DNA from: Felis catus
Lineage: Eukaryota
Length of the DNA stretch: 64,000 bases
Direction: 5' to 3'
NCBI RefSeq assembly: GCF_018350175.1
Contig: NC_058368.1
Span: 186,932,001-186,996,000, forward strand
The notes beneath the pieces are model-generated. The model made no database searches. It saw nothing but the letters and a program-made list of their open reading frames with translations, and had not been told where the DNA came from. The position numbers were made by a program, and so were the translations under genes. This document shows positions 38,300 to 52,000 of the stretch, in pieces. Every line of letters starts with the position of its first letter. The stretch's first letter is position 1.

Positions 38300-39529
38300 G
38301 TAGCATATTTCTTCCACCTGCTACCTAGTTCAGTTAGGGGCTGTCAGGAAACCAAGTGTGCCCAGTCAGAAGACCTCTCCCTGGATTTTGAATCCTGACC
38401 TAGCACCAAGTGGCAGTGACCATAACCAGTTACTCCTGACCAGGTTCTTCTGGTGGTGACTAGACAGCCTTGGTTTCCTGCTTCCTTTTCTTTTTCTTTC
38501 ACTGTTTCCCTTTTCCTATTTCCAGTGGAGCTAAAGAGATATCCTCACTTGGAGCTTACCCACCCCATTTTGGATGCCCAGTTTCCAAAAGTCCCTACTC
38601 ACATGGTCATATCCTGCATTCATTGCTTCCCCACATTATGACTTCTGAGGGAGGACCATGCTGCCACTTGCGCACACACTGCTGGGACCTAAGATTGGCC
38701 ATGGGATGGCTTTTGTAAAGAAGAGTAGGATGTGAATATAAGTTGATGTAGGGTATCCATGCACTGACAAGGCCCTGCTGGGGCCTGAGAATGGATAAGA
38801 AGAGAAGAATAGGAGGTTCTTCTGAGAAACATCTAAGAGCAATCAGGGGCCAAGGGTGCTGGGGCACTTTGTGGGCAGAGGTTGCCCAGTTTGAACTAAG
38901 TAGGATGAAGAGAAACCTTGTAGCTTATGAAATGCTTACAGTGGGGAGTAAGGGGGTGTCAGTGGGCAAAGAGCTAAGCTCGAGCATAAAGAACTCCCCT
39001 ACCTCCAAGAACTGTCCAAAGAGGAAGAAAACTGTGGGAGCTTTTCTCAGGGATTTCCTGAAGCATCAGAAGTGGAAACTGCATATCCTCATAGCAAATG
39101 CACAAGCCAGCCACAGTTACTTGGAAGTAACTGTTGCTTTGCACGTATATTTTTTTAAGATCTATTTGTCAGGAGCAAAGGAGAGACCATATTTCATGTA
39201 ATAGTTTGTTAGTTTGATTTATAACTCATAAATATTTAAACATAAAGTATATGGGCCTCCATTTGTACTCTTGCCCTGACATCTCTACGTTCTTGATAGC
39301 TTACTTGCCTTTCTCTAGCTTTATCTTCAGTTTTCTCATCAATTCTCTATGTCCCAGATAGCTTTTCAACAATCTTTTTACTTATTGCATCAGGATCAGC
39401 TTTTATCATTTGCAAATGGGAACTTCCCAGACACATCTGGCATTGAAATTTTGCCTTTACTTCATCTAATAAACTTTTAAGTCTTACTTTTTTCTTTCGT
39501 TATGTAGTGGTTGTTGTTTGGAGGTGTGG

Positions 39530-39545
39530 GCGTGCGTGTGTGCAT

Positions 39546-39588
<43 letters not shown>
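39530..39588. repeat. (GT)n microsatellite
   Basis: About 20 perfect GT units. Confidence 0.97.
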
Positions 39589-39591
<3 letters not shown>

Positions 39592-39924
39592 AAATACAGA
39601 AAATACAAAGAAAGGAAAATAACTTAAAATTCAAGTAACATTTTGTAGAGAGTATTTTCCAAAAGCAAAACTATTATAGTCACATAGTTTTATACTTATT
39701 CTTATCATGTAGTGTAATCATTTCCTCACCATTAAGTATTCTTTAGGAACAGTGTTTTTAATGAGAGATTTCCATTGTGTGGCTATTTTCATAACTTATC
39801 TAATAAATCCCTGAGTTTTTTCATTGGTATAAATGATGCTGAGATCCAGATCTTTGTGCACAAATCCTTTTCTGCATTTCTTAATTCTTTAAAAATAGAT
39901 TCCTAAAGAAGGGAATATACATTT

Positions 39925-40122
39925 TATTTTTAAGTCTATTTATTTACTTTTGAGAGAGACAGCACTGGAAGGGGAAGGGCATAGAGAGAGGGAGAGACAG
40001 AATGCCAAGTGGGCTCCTAGTCAATAGTCCAATATGGGGATCCATCCATCGAACTGTGAGATCATGACCTGAGTGGAAACCAAAAATTAGAGAGTTAACC
40101 TCCTGAGCCACCCAGGCTCCCC
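39925..40122 (-). mobile_element. Can-SINE within an old L1ME-like 3' relic
   Basis: Reverse SINEC; degenerate TSD near ggaa(t/a)...atacat. Confidence 0.88.
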
Positions 40123-40157
40123 AGGAAATACATATTTTAAAGATAATTGATACATAT

Positions 40158-40352
40158 ATTTTAAATGCTTATTTATTTATTTTGAGAGAGAGCAAGTGGG
40201 AAAGGGGTAGTGAGAGAGGGAGGGAATCTCAAGCAGATCCTGTGCTGTCTGCACAGAGCCGGACACAAGGCTCGATCTCAAGAACTGTAAGATCATGACC
40301 TGAGCCAAAATCAAGAGTCAGATGCTCAACTGACTGAGCCACCCAGGCACTC
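40158..40352 (-). mobile_element. Can-SINE
   Basis: 18-bp TSD aagataattgatacatat (40140-40157, 40353-40370). Confidence 0.94.
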
Positions 40353-41516
40353 AAGATAATTGATACATATTAACAGATTTTCCTCAAACAAGGTTTTATC
40401 AATGTGCCTTCAACCAGCATAGTTTGAGAATGACTGGTTTCCCCCACACCTTCACTATGCAGCTCTCCTTTTCATCAAATGACCTCAAGGTCATTATTGG
40501 CATACATTCTAACCCCTGATACACACACACACACACACTGTCCACCACACCTCATTTCACTTCACCATCAAGGTAAAGGTGGTACCATAATAAGGTTTAA
40601 GAACAAAATGGAGAAAATGGCGGTAATATATTGTGAATGGAACTAAAGGGCAAATGGAATTCTCTCTTGGCCCTTTTCTCATGGTATCGTTTAATTCTTT
40701 TTGGTCCTATGAGGTTAGAGACCTGTTTCCTCCTTTTAGAAGCCTAAAGGACTTCTTCCTCTGAACCTGAAGGAAACAGGGTGCTACTGAAGGAAACACT
40801 CAGGCCAGCCACTGCTGTCAGTAAAAAATATGTTCATAGGTTGGTTTTAGGCCATTCAACAGTTATGTAAAATATAAAGGAGTTGGAACCAGAGCCTGAA
40901 AAGTACTAAATACTATTAGCTTCTGTAAGTCTTCCTCTATGAATGAGAGATGGGCTGACAAGATTAGTAGGAACTATACTTAAAAGATGGTCATGCTTTT
41001 CGTGATTTGGGATCTTGACATCACAAACCTAATGTGATTAACTTTTGTCTCTGATTGATTTCTAAGAGGCATTTGCCACAATAGCAAATTAGTCAGATGG
41101 AGTTTGAGATCTGGTTATCTGGTTGACTGGCAAAAAATGGAGTGAAATGATGCCTCTCACAAAAATTTCAGCAAGAATGAATGGATGCCAACTAAATCAG
41201 CTGATACAGCCAGAAGCTAGAAGGATCCTGGAAGCTGCATTTGGAGTGAACCAAGTGGTTTCTCAGAATGGCCTAGTGTAAAAAAAAGTCAAAGATCAAG
41301 TGTAGGTTGTACGAAAAATAGGAGAAAACTGGGAAAATCAACTCTGCCTAACTTAGGTGGTTGAAGATGGAAAAAAATTCCCATGAGGCCTGGAACAAAG
41401 TGAGAAGCCAGACAAAGACACAGTAGGGAAGAGTTTTCATGAGCATACCATTGGAGTACCCATTTTTATGAACTACTTAGAAGGTGGATTCACTGAGCTG
41501 GTTTAAAAGCCCCGCT

Positions 41517-42298
41517 ATGATCATTTTAGCCACTCTGACTGGCATGAGGTGGTATCTCAGTGTGGTTTTGATTTGTATTTCCCTGATGAGGAGTGACATT
41601 GAGCAAATGAGGAGACTACAGATGCTGGCGAGGATATGGAGACACGGGAACCCTCTTGCACTGTTGGTGGGAATGCAAACTGATGCAGCCGCTCTGGAAA
41701 ACAGTGTGGAGGTTCCTCAAAAAATTAAAAACAGGTCTACCCTATGACCCAGCAATAGCACTGCTAGGAATTTACCCAAGGGATACAAGAGTGCTGATGC
41801 ATAGGGGCACTTGTACCCCAATGTTACAGCAGTGCTTTCAACAATAGCCAAATTATGGGAAGATGCTAACTGTCCATCAACTGATGAATGGGTAAAGAAA
41901 CTGTGGTTTATATACACAATGGAATACTACATGGCAATGAGAAAGAATGAAATATGGCCTTTTGTAGCAACGTGAATGGAACTGGAGAGTGTTATACTAA
42001 GTGAAATAAGTCATACAGAGAAAGATGCCATATGTTTTCACTCTTATGTGGATCCTGAGAAACTTAACAGAAGACCATGGGTGAGGGGAAGGGGAAAAAA
42101 AAGGAGGTTAGAGAGGGAGAGAGCCAAAACATAAGAGACTCTTAAAAACTGAGAACAAACTGAGAGTTGATGGGGGCTGGGAGGGAAGGGAGGGTGGGTA
42201 ATGAGTATTGAGGAGGGCACCTGTTGGGATGAGCACTGGGTGTTGTATGGAATCCAATTTGACAATAAATTTCATATTTAAAAAAATTTAAAAAAAAT
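41517..42298 (+). mobile_element. 5'-truncated felid LINE-1 with 5' inversion, copy C
   Basis: About 85 bp of antisense L1 (41521-41605) joined to the sense ORF2 end and 3' UTR; TSD aaaag(c/t)ccc(g/a)ct at 41505-41516 and 42299-42310; TT/AAAA target. Confidence 0.93.
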
Positions 42299-42312
42299 AA
42301 AAGTCCCACTTT

Positions 42313-42525
42313 GGGGGCAGCTCGGTGGCTCCATTGGTTGAGCATCCAACTCTTGATTTTCACTCAGGTCATGATCCCAGGGTCATTAGATCGTGTCCCA
42401 CATTGGGCTTATGCTGAGTGTGGAGCCTGGTTAAGATTCTTTCTCTCTCCCTCTGCCCTTCCCCCTGCACACTCTGGAAGGAAGGAAGGAAGGAAGGAAG
42501 GAAGGAAGGAAGGAAGGAAGGAAGG
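42313..42525 (+). mobile_element. Older-type Can-SINE with (GGAA)n tail
   Basis: gggggcagctcggtggctcc head, ctcttgattttcactcaggtcatgatc; about 12 GGAA units. Confidence 0.9.
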
Positions 42526-42809
42526 AGCCACTCTGTAGCAGACATAGCTTTGGATTTCTCTTCAAAGGAGTGATGTGTCTTAAAATAATGAAGGCACACT
42601 ACCAAAATTAAGTGGAATAATTTATTAAGACAGACAGCATACTTCATAATGCTACATTCTCCCCACTCACCCAGGTCCTGTCTACCACTAGGAATTTCAC
42701 TGCTAAAGGCAGTTGGTTCAAAATCCCATCTGTGCATTTTGAGGCCTTCCTTTTGCCTCTCTCATCCTTTTACCTTGAACCTTTTGTAGCTCTGATGAGA
42801 ACCCAGATT

Positions 42810-42814
<5 letters not shown>

Positions 42815-42861
<47 letters not shown>

Positions 42862-42935
42862 ATGTATATATCATATACATATCATATACATATCATATAC
42901 AGAGAGATGTATATATATATACATATATATATACA

Positions 42936-42980
<45 letters not shown>
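42815..42980. repeat. Compound (TA)n/(TG)n/(CT)n microsatellite
   Basis: Directly visible. Confidence 0.95.
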
Positions 42981-44119
42981 TAAAAAACTAGACAACTCAA
43001 GATCCTTAAAAGTGAAATGCTAGTCTTTGACTCAGAATATCAGAGAGTTGTAAAAATCTTGAATTGCAGTTTACTGTGAATACTAGAAAGATTATGTATA
43101 CATCAAGTATATATAGGTCATGTTGGAAAAGATCACACTCTGGAAATGCCTCTCCTCCGTTGTGCTTTGAGTATTTCTGTGGTTTATAAACCACAAACAG
43201 TCTCTACCCTTTTGAGAAGGGCTTGAGCTGTGGTCATGCTTCCTATAGTTCAAATCCCTTTCTCTATGTTGGTACTCTCAGAAAGCCAGAACCGCCAGGG
43301 GGGAATGTCTCAAATCATAACACAGACCACTTGGAAAAACCTGATTACACTGAATTAAAGCAAGTTTTCCACCAGCTCCAAATTAAATTTTAGAAGACAT
43401 TGGGGCCCCATATTTATTTGGTTTCTGTCATAAAGAAGACAGATGGTGGAGGGGGTGTCTGGACTTAGAGAAGGAAACAGAATTCATTCCTTCCCTAAGG
43501 ATCAGCAGAATTACAGACCCTGAGCTCATAAAATGTATGTCTTGTCAAAGAAAAACATGAAAAGTACAAGTATACTTACAGCATTTGTGAATGTTCCAGT
43601 TCCAAGTTTCTAAGCTGAGGGGAAAGGGAAAGAGGAAAGTAGAGGTGGCAGAAAAAAAAAAAAAAGTCCGTTATGCCTGTTAAATGCACATCAGATTTGG
43701 AGGCTAATCTTTGAAACTACATTTGCCTTTATTCTTCTTGACTTAAGTTAATGGGATGAAAATAGCTTCAGAATACATCATTTCTTTTCCAATTTCACAA
43801 AGCTGCAAACACTTTATTAAGGAGAGCTGACCTTCCACACTCTAGTGAATGTGTTTTGTTCTCTTAATTTCACCAGTAAGCAGAAAACCACTCCAATGCC
43901 ACTTGCCAAACCTGGTAAAAGACAGTGAGCACTTAATTAGCCCTGTGTTGAGTCTAAAATAGACACTGGAAGAAAAATTGTTTTCCGGAAGTGTAGACTC
44001 AATAGGATTTGTGACTTCCTGTATCTTGATGGAATGTTTTAGGTATAGGGAGCAACACAAAGGATGTGTGTGGTCGAGTATGTTTGCTTGTTTTTTTAAG
44101 CTACCTTGAAGGATCATCA

Positions 44120-44700
44120 ACAAAGATGATGAAACAAAAGGAATGTGGGATTTGGAGTCAGAATGACTTAGACCAAATACTGGTCCCATCAACTAGCAGT
44201 ATAATCTTAGCCAAGTTACTGAAAACAATTTTTTCCAAACCTGATCACACACATCGGAGTCACTTGGGATTCAGCCAAAGAATCTGGTTGTTGTTGGGTT
44301 TTGGGGGTATTTTTTATGATTTATTTATTTATTTTTAAAGAGAGAAAGAGAGGGTGTGTGTGCATATGCACGGGGCATGGAAAGAGGGAGGGAGAGAATC
44401 TCAAGCAGTCTCCATGCTTAGTGAGAGCCCAACATGGGGCTCCATCCTGATCCCACAAACCTTGAGGTCATGACCTGAGCTGAAATCAAGAGTCACCTTA
44501 CCTAACTGAGCCACCCAGGGGCCACAAGAGTCTGATTTTTAAACAAGCACTTTGAGTGATACAGATGGGCCACCAGTTTTGAGAGCCTCTGCCCTAGATT
44601 CTCTACACCTCAGTGTCCTTATCTATAAGATGTGATCCCATACCTGTGAGTGTTAAAGGAGATAAAGAACATGAAACATCTATTTTGCTGTCCTGCACTC
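44120..44700. mobile_element. Nested MIR > MER5-like MITE > Can-SINE (SINE about 44295-44525, minus)
   Basis: MIR halves (gaatgtgggatttggagtcaga...; cctcagtgtccttatctataagatg), MER5 end tttgagagcctctg, SINE TSD aaga(a/g)tctg(g/a)tt. Confidence 0.7.
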
Positions 44701-45609
44701 AATACATTTCAAATATTCTCTTTGAGTTAATAATTTTATTACTTTTTAACATACAAATTTTTATTAGTTTCAGGTATACAATATAGTGATTGGACTAAAT
44801 TTGGAGATAATTTTCTACATAAAATTTCAGCTTGCTTTTAGAAGACAACCTGTTTAACCGTATATCTATTGTTTCTTTATCACAAAAAATAGTACAGCAA
44901 TACTGCTACTTAGCGAACCCAACAAATTACAAGCAAAACATGTCTCATCAGAGAGGCATGAGGATAAAGTCAGAGAAATATTTTTCTTCTTTTTAACCAA
45001 AGATTTAACTCTGCAAAAAAAAAAAAAAGAAAAAGGATTTGAAATATTAGGATTATGTGTCCTTCCTCCAATTTCCTTTCATCTGAAAGCAAATGGAGAT
45101 GCAAGAACCACTTTGCAGCAGGTGATCATGCTAATTTTCTGGGTCATTTCCTCAAAGTGTCCTTAAAAGTAGCAATCATCTCTGTTCAAAGCATTTCCCT
45201 CCCATTTGATACATCAGCTCCCCAAATGTTTGACACCTTTAATAGCTGCTTTCTGTTACCTCAAAAAGCATCACCTGTGTGGATTAGCTTTTTCTCCAGC
45301 CTTGTCCACTGGGAAAACCACAGCATTTAAAAAACAATATCCAAACTCCTACCATGGCAATGTTTTCATGAGAGATGTTCCATGATGGTGTTCATATATT
45401 GGTATAACATTGTTTTTGCTTTCAAGCCCCTTTCATGGCCTCATCATATCAGCTCTCACAACATTGGAGACAGGTGAAGCAGGTGTCACTGCTACATTTT
45501 AAAGATGAGAAAACTAAGGAATCTGAAATACAGAGAGGCACAGAGCTGGTTGAATGACCAAAATGGGGCCAGAAACACCAGATTCTTAGCTAGAATTGTT
45601 TAGGACTCC

Positions 45610-46330
45610 AACCCCAGTGTACTTAAGAAATGTTGGCTCTTAAAACCAAGAAATACAATGAGCAGATATTGTCTTAGGCATGGATGGTTGCAGGACTTCA
45701 AATGATATCAAGTGGCAGTGCCATGTAGTCCTCTGGTTGTGTGTGTGTGTGTGTGTGTGTTCCCTGTCTTTGTGTGTATGTGTGTATGTATCTGTGTGAT
45801 CTCTATGTATATGTACCTAAGGTAATTCCTCTTTCTCCGTTTTTGTCTGCCTTCCCTTTGGCTCCTTCTGCCTTTTTCTTTCAGTCTTTGCCTCTCTTTC
45901 TCAAGATGTTTCTCCCCATCTAGGTCTCCTCTCTCTGTTATCAGTTCTGCTTTCATCTTTTTAAATTTCATTCTCAAATTGGTTTGTTCCATATGGTAGC
46001 AAGATGGTCCCTTGAAGTTTCAAGCTTCTGTGCTTATGAAAACATAGAGTATATTGCAAATAGCCTCCTCTCTCCCTCTCTCTCAAGAGTCAAAGCAAAA
46101 CACAAAACTGGCTCTGGTTGACCTTACTTGGGCCATGTACCCTCACATGAGTACCATGCTGGTACTCTGATTGGCCAGTCTGAGCAACATGCCAGCCCTT
46201 TAGCAGAGGCCTTTTGATTCAGTCTCATCAGAATCACTTGGAGGGAGGAAAAACTGTTATCTAAAGGAAAAACAGGCAGCTCTTAACAAAAAAAAGGAGA
46301 AGTCTGCTGAATTGGCAAAACAACACATAT
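45610..46330 (-). mobile_element. Old MaLR LTR (MLT1J/K-like) with an internal (GT)n
   Basis: ggcatggatggttgcaggacttcaaatgat; caagatggtccc; ctctgattggccagtctg; ctgctgaattggcaaaacaacacatatcca. Confidence 0.55.
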
Positions 46331-47899
46331 CCATATATTCTTTATTTTTAGTGCAACATATATTGCCTCTTATTGTATGATGTTTTGGAGGACTCTTATT
46401 CCTTTAAAGTTAAGTAAAAAAGAGAATTCCATGTTACCTAAAATAATGTCACATGATAACAGTCACTGAGGGTGAAAGTCACCTAAACAGGCTAAGCTCC
46501 TGTTTCTTACAGATAAACTCTGTCCAAAGAGGAATTTTATGATAAACTATGTTTACAAAGCAAAAAGAATATGATGGAAAGAATGCATAAGCCAGTCACA
46601 TAATCTAAGCCTCCATTTCCCTAGTTGTCAAATAGAGTAATAAAATAAATTGTGAGAACTTTTGCAAACCACAGAATTTGCTCTGAGTAGTTCAAACAGA
46701 AAATGGTTTATTTATTATAAGCTTACATGATTTCTGGAAACCACACTGGGATGCTACTTAATCAAGATCAAGTGCAATTAGGAGAAATGTCCAGTCATCC
46801 CACCTGCTGTTCTATGGTAGCTCTATTGCAGATGTCACCCACAACTGGGACCAACAATGATGGAGGTAAAGAAGTTTCACCCAGCTGCTCCAGGAGAGCC
46901 TCCACCATTGTGTCTGCAAGACACATATAAATATAAAAACTATAACACAAAACTGCTCCTGGATGTGAGAGGAAGTTCTGGGATTATGCTTTATCTGTGG
47001 CATGGATTCTGCAAACACTTGTAGGACGTTTGAATGTCAAGTCAAAAAGCATGGGCTTTGGATTCAGGCCAATCTAGGCTCAAAGATGTGTAATTTTACT
47101 TTAATTTCTTTAAATTCTCCATTTCTATCTTCCATTGAATAGGAATTCTATTAATAGAGATCAAGTAATTAGAGCACCCGCACATAGTACATACTCAACA
47201 CAAAGTAGTTCCTAGTGTTTTCTGTAAAACTAAAAAAATATGTGAAAATATGTAATCAACATGCCTTATTCTTCTCTCTTATGAACATGTCCTTGGCCCA
47301 TCTTTCTATACACAATTGCACTGAACATATTTTGCTGCTGTTTGTTGCAAAATCTCTTCAAATGAAATGGTAGTAATTGGCAGCCTGTATTTCCAATTTC
47401 CAATACCCCCACCTGAGACCTTTCCCAGCATCCCACACAGCTGCACAGCCACCTCCAACCACACACAGGCTGGCTCCCCGCAGCACAGGCCGCTCTGCCT
47501 CTGACCCCGGATCGGGAGTCAGGAGGCATTCCAGGACAGACTGCTTAGATCTCTACTTCCTGGACACCAGGCCTGTCTCCATGGCATCATTCAGCTGAAA
47601 ATAGACAAGAGGTTTATTTCAAGATCCATAGGGAAGAAACAGATAGATGTAGAGATGATTAGAATGAGACTGACAAGGCTTTCTGTAAATCCCAGAACCA
47701 ACCTTTCCCCTCTAGGAGCTTTCAGGCCCCAATTGTCCCCCATTCCTTCTGGGATTCACAGTCAACTGCTAACCCTTGTATTTTGAACTAGAGTTTTAAT
47801 CCAACTTGTGCTGCTTCCTGTCCATTGCTTTCTGTCCATTGCTTTCTGTACCTTTTATGATACTATAAGGTTCTAGAGGGGAGGAATCAATATCTGCTC

Positions 47900-48090
47900 T
47901 TTTTCTTTTTTTAATGATTTTTTAAATGTTTGTTTATTTTTGAAGGGGGGAGGGGCAGAAAAAGAGGGAGACAGAGGATCCAAAGCAGGCTCTTTGCTGA
48001 CAGCACAGAGCCCAATGTCGGGCTCAAACTATGAGACCATGACCTGAGCCAAAGTCAGAGGATTAACCGACCAAGCCACCCAGGCACCCC
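47900..48090 (-). mobile_element. Can-SINE
   Basis: Reverse SINEC ending agccacccaggcacccc. Confidence 0.92.
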
Positions 48091-48243
48091 TATCTTTTCT
48101 TCTATATCTTCCCAGTTCCTAGGTCAAAAATGTGTCTTTGAAATAAATGACCTTTCTCAGCTGCTTACTAGCTATGTGGTATTAGGCAAATCAGTTCCCT
48201 CAGTTTTAGTGTTTTGGAAGGAGCTATTTAAAGAAGATACTTT

Positions 48244-48440
48244 ATTTTTATTTTTTTTAATTTTTTTTAGAGAACACAAGTGGGGGAGGGGCAGTGAGAG
48301 AGGGAGAGAGAGCATCTTAAACAGGTTCCATGTTCAGCACAGAGCCCAATGTGGTGTTCAATCCTACGACCCCTGGGATAAGGACCCGAGCCAAAATCAA
48401 GAGTCGAATGCTCAACCGGCTGAACCACCCAGGTGCCCCT
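48244..48440 (-). mobile_element. Can-SINE, older-type, inside a MIR
   Basis: TSD aagatacttt; gagccaaaatcaagagtcgaatgctcaacc. Confidence 0.92.
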
Positions 48441-48857
48441 AAACAAGATACTTTTAAAGCATCCACCATAATAAATACTTGCCATAATAAAAGTTGGCTC
48501 CTATCACGCACAGTTCCTGAAAATGTGGACACTGAACTCAGGCTGTCCAGGTTTTTTTTGTGTGTTGGCTCCAGCACTCATCAGCATTTTCTTATAACTT
48601 CATTTTGTATCATTTCTGCATCTTTAAAAGTGAGTCCAATCATAGCCCAATCTATAATATATAGTGTTGTGAGGGTTGAGGGAGACAAGCCATAAAAAGT
48701 GCTTAGCAAAATATCTATCTGGCCCATAGTAAACTTCAGTAAAATTCTCCATTGCCTTCTCATCAGAGGCAAAATTTATACAGCTAAAAGAATACATGTT
48801 GTCTAAATCTTCTCAGTCTTTCAGAAAAGTTTTTTGGTTTTTTTAAAAATTATTATA

Positions 48858-49060
48858 GGGCACCTGGGTGGCTCAGTCAGTTAAGCATCCAACTTCAGTT
48901 CAGGTCATAATATGGTTCATGGGTTCAAGCCCCGCATAGGGCTCTGTGCTGACAGCTCAGAGCCTGGAGCCTGCTTCAGATTCTGTGTCTCCCTCTCTCT
49001 GCCCCTCCCCTGCTCACTCTCTGTCTCTCAAAAATAAATAAAATGTTAAAAAATTAAATT
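48858..49060 (+). mobile_element. Can-SINE (SINEC_Fc)
   Basis: gggcacctgggtggctcagtcagttaagc head and core. Confidence 0.96.
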
Positions 49061-52000
49061 AACGATTATGTTACACCTATCATTTTTTTTTAATCACCAT
49101 ACCCTCCTTCATCATTGGGATATTGCTTTCACTTGATTGTTACAAAACAAGTGGTGGAAGTACTTCTCACAAATTAATTATTATGAAGCAAGTCTCTTAA
49201 ATATGGCAGGTGGGTACCTTAATCTCTGAAGATCCTGTATTTTTTCCTCCATGCTCCAATGGCCAGAGATGTGCAGGCCACATGGCTCCCCCTGCTGGAA
49301 GAAGGAGATTTGGGCCCTTTTGGCTCTTTGAGCCAAAGACCTGGACAATGCAAATATAAGATCCTCCCAGCTTCCCACACTGCAGCTACTGTTATGTAGG
49401 ATGTTCTCATCTCAACAGGACTCTGGCAGCTGAATGCCACATGAGGCTTCAGCCCACAGTCTTCATCCCTGTCTCTGAATTCTTATTATGCTCCTCTTCT
49501 AACTTGGAATTGTTTAAATCTTGCTTGTATTTTAACTTAGTATCCTTCTGTTTAGTTTACTCAGCTGCCCCTGTAATTTTCACCCTTGTCTGTATTGAAT
49601 TCTCCACTTACAAATTACTCTTATATAAATATACTCCTAACAGAGGACCTTAAACTTCACCTTCTCCTCTATCCTGATCCTTACAAAAGAAAAACTAGTT
49701 TACTTTTTCACGATGAGGGCAGTGAAAGCAGACATATTCTAGAAGAATGTTTAATAAAGGAAAACATGTTCTATGTACCTGGTCTTAGCCCTCAAGTCCT
49801 CATAGTTAGGTAAAGAAGACAAACAAACATGAAGAATATACTCCACTGTTACATGAGAAGGCATGTCTATGTCTTGGCCCTAAAGGGAAGCATCCACTGT
49901 ATTAATGGCTCAAACAAGGTTCAAAGATCTGTGAATGTATCTTCTCATGAGAATCCACTATCTTCAGTTTTTTCCCTTCATGAGCATCCATTCTCTTTCA
50001 TTTGGTGATCGCTCATGTCTCTGGAGGACTTCTAAAAAAAGGGAGGCCATGTCGTTCATCTGAATATTTGTTCTCCTTTTTGAAACATTCCACTATTGGT
50101 ATCGTATTTCTCCTCCCCATACATTAGTGTTTGTATGTCCTTTCATCTTAGCCCTTTTCTTGCTGATTTTTTCCTTGTTTAACTCAAAAGGTGGTATGAT
50201 GTTATGGCTCTGTGTTGTGCTTTGGCTGGGACAGAAGGTTTTCATTAGTATTCTTGTCTGATGGGAAGAAAAGACAAGCCTAAGATCATAGTGTTCTTTT
50301 CTTTGACTTTGAAGAGCCACCAACTCTTCTTGGTCACTATGTATTAGAAGAACCAGGTGAAAGTGGGCAGGATCTCTCAGGGAATAAACCTTTGGTGGCA
50401 TTAAAATAAGACAACATTAGTAGCCTTAACACCAGAGTCTGTAAGAGCCCCCTGACCAGTCAGTAATTCAAAGATTCACTGGAATGAGACTGCATTGGCA
50501 GGGCAGTGAGATACACTCTGGGAGTTGGTTTCTTAGATTTTGAATGTTGGACGTAAAGAACGAAGCTGAATTCAACCAGTGACAGTGTCTACAACAGCAG
50601 AAAAAGAAACCCTGTAAAAAATGTAAGACAGCTTCAAATTTCTAATTTGAGAATGAATCAAATTATAGACTCAATTTGGTCCTCGCCTTCTCATCTACCA
50701 AGTAACAGGTGGGCAAACAGAGTCTAGAGAGGTATTTTATCTTCTTCTTGTGCACACAAGAAAGGGAAACTCGTTTAATATACTGAAGCAATATACAATC
50801 TGGACACAGCTTTTGAGATTATTAGTACAATCTGCACATGTTTTAGGTGATGAAATCAAATCCCAGATAGTGTAAATGGCATGCCTGGTGCCACCCATCT
50901 ATCAATGGTAGACTAAGATTCAAAGTCAGGACTTTAGCCCTCTTATCCACTGCTCTTTGAAGTCTATACAATTCCTGTCTTCAGGGGAATATGTGTTCTT
51001 GGTCATCATAATTAGAGAAATCTTAAATATTACCATAAAAAAGGACCTGCCAGTTTTATGTTATGGGTCCCCAGTGTTCTAGGAACCTTAAATATTTCCC
51101 ATCATCCAGACATGTGTCCTGATAATACAGTTTGAGTCAAGGTCAAAAAGTCACTAATTTTGCAATTAAAATGCATGATGCTTTACCTGAAGTCAGAGTA
51201 GCAAGCAAATGGACAGTGAACCTCCATTGTAGAAATCAATACAAAGACCCCACCTCTCAAACAGAGGATCAGCTTCTAAAGCGAATACCACAAATAGTCA
51301 AAATCATCCTTCAACACCCCTCAAAAGGCACTACATTGGCGATCGTAATACTAACTCAAAGCATATCCAACACAGACTACATTTGCTCCTATTTTGAAAC
51401 AGATTGCTCTTTCTTCAGTTGAACACCAGATGAAGTGGTGAGTTGGCTTGCATTCAGGGGCAATGTTGTATGAAAAATATGTATCTTTAAACACTAAACA
51501 CTCAGCAGAGTGAGATGTTCACTCCATGGGAAAGCGTGAGAGAACTTAGCATCAAGGGAATAACAGCAGGTTCGCAGCTCCAGTGTCAGGCTGCCTGGAC
51601 TGAATGTTTGAGTGGCATAATTGGCAAGTCACCTGCATACTTTAAATCCCCCTCCCTCTTTGATTCTCTTTTTCACTGCTGAGCTTCTGGAGTTAAAAAT
51701 TGCCAAAATTAAATGTTTGTGGGGACTTCACTGAACTTACCTGTGAAATTTAGCCAGGTTGCTTATCATAAATCACTGACTCAGAATAATGAAGCTACAT
51801 AAATACACATATGTACTTTTTCTTGCTGATTTCTCTGCCCAAAAGCCCCTGTTCTTTCATCCCAGCTTCATTTATCATCAGCAAATGTATGGTGAAAAAA
51901 AATTTTTTTTAATTGGCATAAATGGGAGTCAAAAGAACTAGGTTCAAATCGTGGTTCTGTAATTAACTAGCTGAGAAATCTTGTAAAGTCTTCTAACCTC

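Noticed and set aside
38791..39201. 136-aa ORF
   Set aside because: No recognisable domain or exon structure; it lies in a probable decayed LTR region.
50093..50401. 102-aa minus-strand ORF with a possible acceptor near 50337
   Set aside because: No recognisable homology, and the length is within chance expectation for 64 kb.
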